IMG/VR virus record: IMGVR_UViG_3300033513_000008
Coordinates: 1-55,892 of that record
Origin: a virus
Taxonomy: Duplodnaviria > Caudoviricetes
Direction: 5' to 3' (one strand)
Length of the DNA: 55,892 nt
A model generated the notes under the pieces. The model was not told where the DNA came from. It did not search any database and saw only the letters and a list, made by a program, of their open reading frames with translations. The translations under genes were made by a program, and so were the position numbers. Shown in pieces: positions 37,734 to 46,444 of this stretch; within the stretch, counting starts at the first letter, position 1; every line of letters starts with the position of its first letter.

Positions 37734-39049
37734 GCTAGGTCGCTCCCATCATTGAGGTTGTCGAACTGCGCGGCCACGTTCGTATCGACTTCCTTTCGTT
37801 TGTCGGACTCGGGAACCAAGGATCGGGCACCTGGCGCTCGTGTGATGAGCGTCTGGAGCTTCTTCCAGAGTTTCGAGTTTGCCATCGTGCCGCCTTCACC
37901 GAAGCGCTTCTCGGCAGTCGGCGGGCTGATGAGCTTCTTGTCGTATATGTCGTCGGCCTTCAGACGCTTGGCCTTGAGTTCGGCTTCGACAGCTTCGGCA
38001 TCGGACCACGCGCGGTTGCCTTCACGACCCAGCACGACCTTCAGCCCCGGCAGCTTGACGCCCGACAGTGCCACGGCCGTTGCCCTCTTCTCGACGGTAT
38101 CGCACCACATCCGCACCAGCGGCACGGACTGGAACTTGTCCGCCAGAACAGCCGGGTCTTCCGCCAGCTTGATGGCTTCGGTGGCTTCCGTGATTGTCGT
38201 CTCGGGCGTGGTGTTCGCGTCCAGATTCTCGAACGCGCCGATGACCGATTCCAGTGCCGCCTTGTCGAACGCGGGGCACTTACCGACATCCTTGGCCCGG
38301 CACCAGCGGCATTGCTTCTCGCCGGGGGTGAGGTACGAGTAGTCCGGCCCGTTCTGCCAATTGCTGCGGAACTCGTAGGCCGTCAGAACGAGCTTAGCTC
38401 GGTCCTTGATCTCGGCCTCGAACGCCAGCAGTTCCTCGACGGTAATGACCCACTCGTCGGGTTCGGCGCTGATGCGCGGCTGGTGAATGACGATGCGGAC
38501 GCGCTCGAAGTCAGCGAACTGGCTGAACTCGTGGTACGCCGCCAGCGCGTAGATCAGGAGTTGCTTGTTGTTGGCCGCGAACACGCGGATACCGACGCCG
38601 TACTTGAGGTCGCGGACCTGCAATTCGCCGGGTAGCAGGATCACTGCGTCGCCGATACCGCTGGCGCCTTCCTCGCCGGTAATCATGCTGATGTCAAGGC
38701 GACGCTCGACCATCAACTCGCCGCCTTCCGCCGCCTTCTGCGTGCGCTGCACGTACTTGCGTACGGCCGACACCATTTCTTCATCGACCCCGAAGGTTCG
38801 GGCTTCGGTGGCTCCTTGTCCCACAAAGAACGCATCGCCGTCAGGCGTCACGCAGATTTCCCTGCGGATGTACGCCACCGGGTCTTGGTTCTCGTTCAGG
38901 CAGAGAGCGGCCAGGAAGTGCGCAGCCGTTCCTTCGTCGGCGTAGGTCGTATCCCCGTCCGGTATTCCCTCCTCCATGACAGGGGAGCCAACACAGTTGC
39001 TCCACTTCTCGGCGGCGGACGGCGCCATGAGTTTGGCATGCTGGCTCAT
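37730..39049 (-). CDS. DUF2800-type PD-(D/E)XK (Cas4-like) nuclease
   Basis: HAKL.PSAA..W..C, EGTAAH, GIGDAVI, DLKYG.G, QLLIYAL, QCRWCRAK...C. Confidence 0.9.
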   Translation of the reverse strand: MSQHAKLMAPSAAEKWSNCVGSPVMEEGIPDGDTTYADEGTAAHFLAALCLNENQDPVAYIRREICVTPDGDAFFVGQGATEARTFGVDEEMVSAVRKYVQRTQKAAEGGELMVERRLDISMITGEEGASGIGDAVILLPGELQVRDLKYGVGIRVFAANNKQLLIYALAAYHEFSQFADFERVRIVIHQPRISAEPDEWVITVEELLAFEAEIKDRAKLVLTAYEFRSNWQNGPDYSYLTPGEKQCRWCRAKDVGKCPAFDKAALESVIGAFENLDANTTPETTITEATEAIKLAEDPAVLADKFQSVPLVRMWCDTVEKRATAVALSGVKLPGLKVVLGREGNRAWSDAEAVEAELKAKRLKADDIYDKKLISPPTAEKRFGEGGTMANSKLWKKLQTLITRAPGARSLVPESDKRKEVDTNVAAQFDNLNDGSDLA

Positions 39050-39336
39050 GAGGAGAACCCCATATTGTTAAGTTGCCAGAAACGACGGAGGAAAAGCTGG
39101 TGATTTTGCCAGAGGTGCCGCTCGCGTTCTTGCACGTTGTCGTGCGGGTACGTATGGCCGGTGCGGTTCGACGCACGCGACAGGCACGACTTGACGAACG
39201 GCTTGTTGTGACCCTTGCCGCGCGACTTGTACGGACCGATCATCGCCAGCGCCTCAACATCCCCCACCGCGCGTGCCATCTCGATGAGAGCGAACATCGC
39301 TCTCGCGCGCTTGAAGGCTTGGTAGTCCGTTCTCAC
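39046..39336 (-). CDS. basic hypothetical protein (GPYKSRGKG)
   Basis: GTGA overlap with the upstream stop. Confidence 0.55.
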   Translation of the reverse strand: MRTDYQAFKRARAMFALIEMARAVGDVEALAMIGPYKSRGKGHNKPFVKSCLSRASNRTGHTYPHDNVQERERHLWQNHQLFLRRFWQLNNMGFSS

Positions 39337-39794
39337 GCGACGCTCCCTTCTTGCGCGATCTTGGCGTTCGCCGCCGCGATCAGCTCGATGGCCTTGGCGT
39401 AATACTTGGCGTCCATGGCCGACGCCTTGGGCGCCTCGCCGCATTCCTTGAGGATCGCCAATGCCTCGGGCTTGTGGCCCGTGCCGGCGAGCTTGACGAT
39501 GGGCTTTTGGATTTGCTCGGCGAAGTCAATCGCCCCGGAGTTGTCGGCCTTCGTCTCGGGCGCAGCGGTTGCCGGCGCAGTAGGCTGGGTATCGGCAGGC
39601 TTCTCCGTCTTGACAGACTTTCCCGGCGCCCTCGCTTCCTTGGCGTCCTCGTGTTCCCCCCGGCAGGAACCGGCACAAGCCTTGGCGGTGGCGCCGGCAG
39701 CGAGCATGCTGGAAATCGTGGCGGTCTGGTTTTCGAGGGCTTTGGTCAGGGCATTGACGGCGGTGGTCAGGGCTTCGACTTTCTCTTCAAGCAT
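39333..39794 (-). CDS. hypothetical protein typical of the slot upstream of DUF2800
   Basis: N-terminal coiled coil, Ala/Pro linker, small C-terminal helical domain; AAGGA RBS. Confidence 0.75.
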   Translation of the reverse strand: MLEEKVEALTTAVNALTKALENQTATISSMLAAGATAKACAGSCRGEHEDAKEARAPGKSVKTEKPADTQPTAPATAAPETKADNSGAIDFAEQIQKPIVKLAGTGHKPEALAILKECGEAPKASAMDAKYYAKAIELIAAANAKIAQEGSVA

Positions 39795-39951
39795 GATGGT
39801 GTCCTTCTGTGGTTGGTGGGTACGACTTTGTTGAGGGCAGGGCGGATTACGCCCTAGTGCAAGTTATGCCTGCGCCCTCAAAAAAGCCTCCTGATGTTTC
39901 GGGGGAAGGCTGTCGGCCTCCGATCCTCTACTTCTATCAGGAAGCAAACCC

Positions 39952-40137
39952 TTATAAGCCGCCCCCTTCTACCTCGCTCGTGGCGAGCTTCGGGGATTCG
40001 TTGTTGAGAGGGGCAACAGGTTTTGTCATAGCCCTCTTGAGTTGCTCTTGCGCCTGCTGTTTATCCACCAGATGCGTCAGATATACTTCGTGAGCGGCAT
40101 CGTTGTGGCGCCGGAGGATGTCTGCGATACTAGGCAT
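39952..40137 (-). CDS. hypothetical protein
   Basis: ORF in operon. Confidence 0.5.
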   Translation of the reverse strand: MPSIADILRRHNDAAHEVYLTHLVDKQQAQEQLKRAMTKPVAPLNNESPKLATSEVEGGGL

Positions 40138-40243
40138 GTCGATCCACCTTGCGGTTGTGGCGCCCGCCTTTCTTCTGCCGGCGCTGGCGTGCGGTGAAGG
40201 GGTGCCCTTCGCGCTTCTTGTCTTCTTTGCTCTTGTGGCTCAT
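40130..40243 (-). CDS. 37-aa basic peptide (MSHKSKEDKKREGHPFTARQRRQKKGGRHNRKVDRHA)
   Basis: AGGAG RBS directly after the previous stop. Confidence 0.5.
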   Translation of the reverse strand: MSHKSKEDKKREGHPFTARQRRQKKGGRHNRKVDRHA

Positions 40244-40251
40244 GATGACTC

Positions 40252-40467
40252 CTAGATAACGATGAGGGGGGAATCCTTGCGGCCCGCATACGAGACGGTG
40301 ATCGTATGCGCCAGTGGGGAACTGAGTTCGACGCCGTGCTTTTTCAGCACCGCACGAATCTCTTCCGCCGCCATCAGCAGTTCGGTCGTTTCGTCCTCGC
40401 CGCATTTCGCATACCGATTGTCCGGTTGCTTCGGCTTGATCTTCGTGCGCGGGTTCAGTGTGACCAT
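40252..40467 (-). CDS. hypothetical protein
   Basis: ORF in operon. Confidence 0.6.
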   Translation of the reverse strand: MVTLNPRTKIKPKQPDNRYAKCGEDETTELLMAAEEIRAVLKKHGVELSSPLAHTITVSYAGRKDSPLIVI

Positions 40468-40470
40468 GGC

Positions 40471-40659
40471 TCAGTCCAGCGACAGGAAGGTTGGGACATT
40501 GGTGCCGGGGTGCGCGGGGCCGATGAACACCCGACCCTCCATGGACGCGATCAGTTGCATGTCCAGCTTCTTCAGCAGCGCGAGAACTTCTTCCTTGGCC
40601 GCAGCCAGATCGGCTACCATGTCGGGGTTGGTATTGGGTTCGGGTGTCTGGTAGAACAT
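40471..40659 (-). CDS. hypothetical protein, first gene of the leftward replication operon
   Basis: GAGG RBS; downstream of a promoter. Confidence 0.6.
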   Translation of the reverse strand: MFYQTPEPNTNPDMVADLAAAKEEVLALLKKLDMQLIASMEGRVFIGPAHPGTNVPTFLSLD

Positions 40660-40696
40660 GGGTACCTCTTGGGTGGTTGATCGGAAAACGCTTCGC

Positions 40697-40725
40697 AGGT
40701 TAGCGTAGTGAAAAGTACAAGTCAA
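40697..40725 (-). promoter_or_regulatory. leftward sigma70 promoter with operator (40705-40718)
   Basis: TTGACT-17 nt-TAACCT; GTAGTGAAAAGTAC. Confidence 0.7.
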
Positions 40726-40748
40726 GGGGTTTGGCAAAATAATTTTTC

Positions 40749-40777
40749 TTGACTTCGTCAGTAGCTTCGGCTACAGT
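40749..40777 (+). promoter_or_regulatory. rightward sigma70 promoter with operator (40761-40774)
   Basis: TTGACT-17 nt-TACAGT; GTAGCTTCGGCTAC. Confidence 0.75.
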
Positions 40778-40804
40778 CCGGGGTCACGCAACCTAGGAGG
40801 ACAT

Positions 40805-40984
40805 ATGACCCCCGCTCACAATCTGCACGTTGTAGGCCCAGCAGGTAAAGCCGTCATCGAACCATCCGAGAACGGGTATGTCGTTTCACTTTACGATTGG
40901 GACCAAGAGTTCGTCGTATCCCACTTCCGTGAAGACTTCGACGACGCCCACACTCTGATGTGCAAGCTGGCGGGGAATGACTGA
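40805..40984 (+). CDS. 59-aa acidic hypothetical protein (MTPAHNLHVV...)
   Basis: AGGAGG RBS; TGATG coupling; own translation. Confidence 0.65.
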   Translation: MTPAHNLHVVGPAGKAVIEPSENGYVVSLYDWDQEFVVSHFREDFDDAHTLMCKLAGND

Positions 40985-41184
40985 TGTACTTCGTCCCCCT
41001 ATTCCGCCCCGTGTGCCTTGTCGTCATCGACGGCGATCTGTGGCTGTGGTACCAGAACCGGCGCCGCACGCACAAGGCACGCGTCTCGAAGGACGATCCC
41101 CCGCAGAACGTCGCCAAGACGGTCGAACTATTCCGCGTCGATCCCGAGAGCGTGCTGCCACCCGAAGAACCGAGGGCAGCATGA
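40984..41184 (+). CDS. hypothetical protein
   Basis: Translationally coupled at both ends. Confidence 0.6.
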   Translation: MYFVPLFRPVCLVVIDGDLWLWYQNRRRTHKARVSKDDPPQNVAKTVELFRVDPESVLPPEEPRAA

Positions 41185-41573
41185 TCCAATATATCAAGAG
41201 CCACGACCAACGGAATGCTATTCTGGCCGACCTCCGTTCGCTTGATGCACAAGACCCTTCCCCCGCTTTGGACTCGATGATCCTCGCAGTCAAGAGTTAC
41301 CCGGAGCAACAGGTATATATCATGGTCGACAGCTACGGCAACCCCATCGCGGTGGTGGCGTGTGCCCCCACACATGACCGGCACCTACGGGTCAGTTACC
41401 TCGGGTCCATCGCGCCGATTCGCCTTCACGCCGCTTCTGCCCTTCTGCGCCACATCGAAGACAGGGGCTTGTACCTGTGCTTCACCGGGCAGAGCGAAGT
41501 CAGGGTCCGTAGCAAGAACACTCCCACCAAAAAGGAACAGCGCAATGTCTGGAACGCCACTTACCCCGCATGA
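41181..41573 (+). CDS. hypothetical protein, weakly GNAT-like
   Basis: GNPIAVVAC...LRVSYLGS...ASALLRHI; ATGA coupling. Confidence 0.5.
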   Translation: MIQYIKSHDQRNAILADLRSLDAQDPSPALDSMILAVKSYPEQQVYIMVDSYGNPIAVVACAPTHDRHLRVSYLGSIAPIRLHAASALLRHIEDRGLYLCFTGQSEVRVRSKNTPTKKEQRNVWNATYPA

Positions 41574-42777
41574 GATCAAGCGCACCAAGGACGCATGGAA
41601 AGAGAGCGGCTACAACCAAGCGCAAGCCGCTGTCCTGCTGGATATCAGCCGCTCCACATTCCAGCACCGCATGCAGATTCTCAAGCTGAAGGCGCCGGCT
41701 GTGAAGGACTTGCCCGACATCGACCGACGAGCGGCACAACGCGCTGCTGACGAGCTTCGGGACTTGAGGGCTACCATCCGTAGGCAGGCCCGCGAACTCA
41801 ACGACGCGGACGATCTGCGCGCGACGGTGTTCGGACTGGCGAAGCAAGACACCACACCGCCCGACTGGCTCCCCAAGGTGAATGATTGCTGCGCGGATAC
41901 GCAGGTTCCGATTCTCGACTTCTCCGACTTCCACCTTGGCGAATACGTCAATGCCGAAGAACTCGACGGCATCAACGCGTTCAACAAGTACATAGCCGCC
42001 CACCGCTATCGCCACATGATCGAGAAGACCATTTCGTTGGCCCGCAACTTCATGGGTACGACGAAGCCAAACTACCCCGGCATCATCTACCTGCGCAACG
42101 GCGACCTCGTAGCCGGCGACATTCACGACCTCAAGGAAACCAACGACCTCAAGGCGCAGCCCGCCGTGCGCGAGTTGGTCAAGATGGAACGCTGGGGCAT
42201 CCAGCAACTTCAACAGGAGTTCGGTCATGTCTGGACAATCTCCACTCCCGGAAACCACGGGCGGGACACTGTGCAGCCGCATAGCAAGGAAAATGCGGCT
42301 CGCAATTTCGATACTCTATCTGCATACATGCTCGAAATGGCATTCGAGAGCAATGAAGACTGCACCTTCTGGACGCCCGAGTCGGGCGATGCCCTCTTCA
42401 ACGTGCTGGGCTATACGTTCCTGGCTACGCACGGCGACCGTATCGGAACGGGAGGCGGTCGCGGATTTGTGGGCACGGCGGCGCCGATAGCCCGAGGCGC
42501 GAAGAAGCTGACCGAATACTACGCCGCGCTGGGAACGACGCTCGACTACATCCTGCTGGGACACTTCCACACGCGCATGGAGATCGACAACACGTTTGCC
42601 AACGGTTGCCTGTGCGGCTACACACAGTACGGCAAACAGTTCCGCTTCATCCCCGTGCCGCCCGAGCAATGGCTGCTGTTCGTCAATGCCAAGCACGGTG
42701 TCACCGCGCGCTGGGCAATGCAATTCGCATCCCGTCCGCGCATCATCAAACCGGTTCCTTTTGAACCGCTAAACTAG
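41545..42777 (+). CDS. HTH-fused calcineurin-like metallophosphoesterase
   Basis: Fis-like HTH NQAQAAVLLDISRSTFQHR; SDFH, NGD..GDIH, GNHG, THGD, GHFH. Confidence 0.9.
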   Translation: MSGTPLTPHEIKRTKDAWKESGYNQAQAAVLLDISRSTFQHRMQILKLKAPAVKDLPDIDRRAAQRAADELRDLRATIRRQARELNDADDLRATVFGLAKQDTTPPDWLPKVNDCCADTQVPILDFSDFHLGEYVNAEELDGINAFNKYIAAHRYRHMIEKTISLARNFMGTTKPNYPGIIYLRNGDLVAGDIHDLKETNDLKAQPAVRELVKMERWGIQQLQQEFGHVWTISTPGNHGRDTVQPHSKENAARNFDTLSAYMLEMAFESNEDCTFWTPESGDALFNVLGYTFLATHGDRIGTGGGRGFVGTAAPIARGAKKLTEYYAALGTTLDYILLGHFHTRMEIDNTFANGCLCGYTQYGKQFRFIPVPPEQWLLFVNAKHGVTARWAMQFASRPRIIKPVPFEPLN

Positions 42778-42786
42778 GAGAAGACC

Positions 42787-43158
42787 ATGAGTTTCAAAAA
42801 CGATCCCTACCCCGATAACCTCGAATTTCCAGTGTATCCTTCCCGAGAATCATTCAAGGTGTGCGCTGCTTGTGGTGTTGCTGAAGGAACAATGCACAAG
42901 GCAAGCTGCCCCCACCGCAAAAGCGACAACCCCCCGATCATCGGCGTGCGATGCAACACCCCGAATCTCGGTCCCAACTACACCGAGTTGAAGCACGAGA
43001 TCGAAATCCAGAAGGCATGGATCGAATACCTCGAAGCGCGGGCCTCTGCCGATGATAAGCTAATCAAGGAAGCCGAGGCCGAATCGGCGCGCTACAAGAA
43101 ACGGTGGCTCGGTGCGCTTGACTACATCGACTACCTCTCTCAAAAGGTGAAGCCATGA
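42787..43158 (+). CDS. hypothetical protein with a CxxC...H...C motif and coiled coil
   Basis: CAACGVAEGTMHKASC; AGGAG RBS. Confidence 0.65.
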   Translation: MSFKNDPYPDNLEFPVYPSRESFKVCAACGVAEGTMHKASCPHRKSDNPPIIGVRCNTPNLGPNYTELKHEIEIQKAWIEYLEARASADDKLIKEAEAESARYKKRWLGALDYIDYLSQKVKP

Positions 43159-43349
43159 AAATAGCATTGCTACTTCTGGCCCTGAGTCTTACGGGCTGTG
43201 CTTACAAAGTTCAGAGCTACGAGATAGCGCAGGCGATTATGGCGTGCGACGAGCATGCCGGCGTGCGCTGGGTGGGTGCCGGCAATCTCTATGTCGATGC
43301 CCGCTGCAACGACGGAACGTACATCGACAACGTGAGGAGCATGAAATGA
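43155..43349 (+). CDS. small lipoprotein
   Basis: MKIALLLLALSLTG-C lipobox. Confidence 0.7.
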   Translation: MKIALLLLALSLTGCAYKVQSYEIAQAIMACDEHAGVRWVGAGNLYVDARCNDGTYIDNVRSMK

Positions 43350-43618
43350 AATTCTCTGTACCCCGAAATCTCGAAGGCTCGCAGCGCGAGATCGCAGAGT
43401 GCCGCGTCCTATGCGAATGCGTCGATGCGTTCGCCAAGGAGATGAAGGCCAAATTGTGCATGAAAGCCATTCATGGGTATCGCGGCTGGGACGATGAGGC
43501 CAACACGGAAGGGCTACGCCACATGATTCAGCGTCGTGTCGATGGCCCCAAGCCGACAACCAAAGACATCGACATCGCCAATTATGCGATGTTCCTCTGG
43601 AACCTCAACCAAGAGTAG
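43346..43618 (+). CDS. all-alpha (MazG-like) nucleotide pyrophosphohydrolase-like protein
   Basis: FAKEMKAKL...GYRGW...DIDIANYAMFL; ATGA coupling. Confidence 0.5.
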   Translation: MKFSVPRNLEGSQREIAECRVLCECVDAFAKEMKAKLCMKAIHGYRGWDDEANTEGLRHMIQRRVDGPKPTTKDIDIANYAMFLWNLNQE

Positions 43619-43622
43619 CCTG

Positions 43623-43651
43623 TTGCACCGGCTACACTTTAGGTGTATGCT
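43623..43651 (+). promoter_or_regulatory. sigma70 promoter of the cro-like/primase operon with operator (43622-43635)
   Basis: TTGCAC-17 nt-TATGCT; GTTGCACCGGCTAC overlaps the -35. Confidence 0.7.
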
Positions 43652-43675
43652 GCGCTCTCGCCTAAAGGACGTACC

Positions 43676-43924
43676 ATGAAAAATCCTCTGCTAACTTACT
43701 TGAATTCCCTGTCGCCTGCCGAACGCGAAACCTTCGCCAAGGCGGCAGGGTCTTCCGTCAATTCGTTGCGCCTTGCCGCCAATGGTTACAAGACCAACGG
43801 CAAGCTAGCGATCACTGCCGAGTTCGCCGCGCGCATCGAGAAAGCCAGCGGGGGCGTCGTGCGTCGGCAAGACACGTCGGACACTTGCAAGAAGTGCCCC
43901 TATTCTCAATCCTGTGGAGCGTGA
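43676..43924 (+). CDS. Cro/YdaS-like HTH regulator
   Basis: LTYL.SL...RETFAKAAGSSVNSL..A.G...A.RIEKASGG.V; AAGGA RBS. Confidence 0.8.
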   Translation: MKNPLLTYLNSLSPAERETFAKAAGSSVNSLRLAANGYKTNGKLAITAEFAARIEKASGGVVRRQDTSDTCKKCPYSQSCGA

Positions 43925-43925
43925 T

Positions 43926-44171
43926 ATGGCCCTCTTCTTTCTAGTCCATAAGACCAACAGTACAAACACACCTGTCATTGTCAATTTCGAGGACGTTCGT
44001 CGCATTTATCCTCTCGCGGCGGGCAAGGGCGCCGAGATCGTATGCGCGGACAATGAATCCTTGCTCGTCACGGCCACATTCGACCAGATCGTCAAAACAC
44101 TGACTCCCATCGACTTCACCAAATCCAAGGTGTCCGAATCCGACCTCGACGGGTACGACCCGATCCTTTAA
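43926..44171 (+). CDS. small beta-rich hypothetical protein
   Basis: PVIVNFEDVRRIY...LLVTATFDQI. Confidence 0.6.
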   Translation: MALFFLVHKTNSTNTPVIVNFEDVRRIYPLAAGKGAEIVCADNESLLVTATFDQIVKTLTPIDFTKSKVSESDLDGYDPIL

Positions 44172-44193
44172 GCTCTCGACCTCGGGAGCTTAA

Positions 44194-46224
44194 ATGCCCA
44201 CCACATCATCAGACCACCCGCTGATTGAGCCGCTGCGCCCGATCCTCTCGCGCGTCCGTACCGACATAACAGCAATCAAGTTGGCGGACGGATCGCGCTG
44301 GACGACGGAGCCACTGACCAAGGCACGCTTGGCAACACACCTTGACGGCGGCTTGCCTCGTGGCTGCTGCCCGATCAAGGAAGGGGAAAGCACGACCCGG
44401 CTGGGCCTCTACGATCTGGACAGTCACAAGGGCGAGGTATCGTGGAACGACCTTGCCGCTGTGGCCGAACAGTTGCGGGGGGCGCTGTCTGTCGAAGGCG
44501 TACAAGTCGTTCCCTTCCGCTCATCGGGTGGCAACGGCATGCACCTGTTCCTGCTGTGGGAGCAACCGCAAGATGCATACAGCGTACGTCAGTTCATGTC
44601 GGCATCGCTCGAAGCCATCGGCTATAAGAATGGCGCGGGCGGTGTCCTTCATCATGAGATCGAAATCTTCCCAAAGCAAGATCATGTCGGCCCCGGTCAC
44701 AACGGGAACCAGTTCATTCTTCCGCTGGCGGGCAAGAGTGTGCCGCTGGATGAACACTTCCGGCCGCTCGAACGCGAGGCCATCGCCACGATCAATTGGC
44801 CGACTAGCGATGCCGTTACCGTCGTGCCGCGTCCTCCCGTTGCCGAGCGTACCGACACCCCCACCGAATTCAAAACACTGCAAGGAGCCCTAAATGCTAT
44901 ACCTAACCGGGATGAATACGAACTCGACTACGACATGTGGCGTGATGTCATTTTTGGAATCCACTACGCGACGGGTGGATCGCCCGACGGCCTTGCGCTT
45001 GCTCATGAGTTTTCGCAACGATCCTCGAAATACGATGCGGAGTTTCTGGACAACCGGGTGTGGCCGTACATCGACGACTCTCGGGACAAACCGATTACCG
45101 ACCGTAAAATCCTCCGACTAGCCAGCGACAATGGTTGGTCCCCGGATGTGTCGGGCGAGTTCGACGACCTCGACAAACAACCTCCTGACGCAGCCCCGGC
45201 TGTGAAGTCCGACTCGAAGTACGCGCCGCAGTCCATCGCGGAGTTCATCGTCGCGCCGCCGATGCGCTGGCTCATCAAGGGCGTACTCCCGGATGCGAAT
45301 GTGGTCGTCATGTATGGCGCACCGGGCAGTGGCAAATCATTCGTCGCCATGGACATGATGGGGTGCATCGCCCGAGGCATCGATTGGCGCAACCGCAAGG
45401 TCATCAAGGGACGCTGCGCCTACATCGTCGCGGAAGACGTGGGGGGCACACGCCTCCGCTTCCAAGCCTACTGCTGGCAACAAGGCATCGACCCCGCCGA
45501 TCTGGACATCATCGTCATACCCGTGACCCCGAACTTCTTGGACAAGGAAACCGTGAAGGAAGTCGCACGGCAGATCAAGGCGCTGGGGGACGTGTCGCTG
45601 ATCGTCGTGGATACGATGGCCCAAGTCATGGCGGGCGGTAACGAGAACAGCAGCGAGGACGTGGGCAAACTGCTGGTGCATTGCAACGGCATGAGCCGCG
45701 CGTGCCACTGCCCCGTCATGCTGATCCACCACTGCGGCAAGGATTCAAGCCGGGGCGCTCGTGGTTGGTCTGGTTTGCTGGGCAATTGCGACGCCGAGTT
45801 TGAAGTAGCCCGCTCAGAGGATGAGCGAGTCGTGTCCATATCGAAGATGAAAAACGGACAAGACCATATCGACTTCGGCTTCCGGTTGCTGCCCGTCTCG
45901 CTGGGGCAGGACGAGGATGGCGACGATCTAACTTCCTGCGTCGTCGAACACACTAACGTGACGCTCAAGGAAGTCAGGCGCAACAGCCAGCCTCTCGGTA
46001 AGAACGAGGTCGTTGTTTGGCAAGTGTTGAAAAACATGATAGGTGTCGGCACGCCTAGTGTTTCCCTCCCTGAATTGATGGATGCCGCCGAGAAGAAGAT
46101 GCCGCACAAGAAGGACAGCCATCGCAAACAAGCCGTCGATGACGCTATCGACGGGCTCATTCACCGCAACAAGATCACGAACGCAAGCGGGATGATTATG
46201 CTCACCAATAAGGATGAGGAATGA
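44194..46224 (+). CDS. primase-helicase (AEP-like primase, PriCT-2, RepA/AAA_25 helicase)
   Basis: YDLDSH, RSSGGNGMHL, EIFPKQ; LDYDMWRDV..GIH...SSKYD; GAPGSGKS, IVVDT, IHHCGKD..RGARGWS. Confidence 0.9.
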   Translation: MPTTSSDHPLIEPLRPILSRVRTDITAIKLADGSRWTTEPLTKARLATHLDGGLPRGCCPIKEGESTTRLGLYDLDSHKGEVSWNDLAAVAEQLRGALSVEGVQVVPFRSSGGNGMHLFLLWEQPQDAYSVRQFMSASLEAIGYKNGAGGVLHHEIEIFPKQDHVGPGHNGNQFILPLAGKSVPLDEHFRPLEREAIATINWPTSDAVTVVPRPPVAERTDTPTEFKTLQGALNAIPNRDEYELDYDMWRDVIFGIHYATGGSPDGLALAHEFSQRSSKYDAEFLDNRVWPYIDDSRDKPITDRKILRLASDNGWSPDVSGEFDDLDKQPPDAAPAVKSDSKYAPQSIAEFIVAPPMRWLIKGVLPDANVVVMYGAPGSGKSFVAMDMMGCIARGIDWRNRKVIKGRCAYIVAEDVGGTRLRFQAYCWQQGIDPADLDIIVIPVTPNFLDKETVKEVARQIKALGDVSLIVVDTMAQVMAGGNENSSEDVGKLLVHCNGMSRACHCPVMLIHHCGKDSSRGARGWSGLLGNCDAEFEVARSEDERVVSISKMKNGQDHIDFGFRLLPVSLGQDEDGDDLTSCVVEHTNVTLKEVRRNSQPLGKNEVVVWQVLKNMIGVGTPSVSLPELMDAAEKKMPHKKDSHRKQAVDDAIDGLIHRNKITNASGMIMLTNKDEE

Positions 46225-46225
46225 C

Positions 46226-46444
46226 ATGGACATACATGACTCGATCATGGCAGAGATTACCAACTACACGACTCGATTCGGACGCGACCCTACTCGCATC
46301 GATTTGGGCTACCGGTATGCTGAAGAACTCACACGATACTGCGTCACTAACGACACCCTGCTATACGCCGAGGGGGGCCGTGAGTACGCCGGCTGCAAAC
46401 TCTTCTTCGACAACATCCACGCCACTACCCTGAAGGTATCCTAA
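46226..46444 (+). CDS. hypothetical protein
   Basis: GAGGA RBS. Confidence 0.55.
   Translation: MDIHDSIMAEITNYTTRFGRDPTRIDLGYRYAEELTRYCVTNDTLLYAEGGREYAGCKLFFDNIHATTLKVS

Noticed and set aside
37730-39049. Cas4 as part of a CRISPR system
   Set aside because: Its context (SSB, PolA, VRR-NUC, SNF2) is the standard phage replication module; no cas1, cas2 or array is present.
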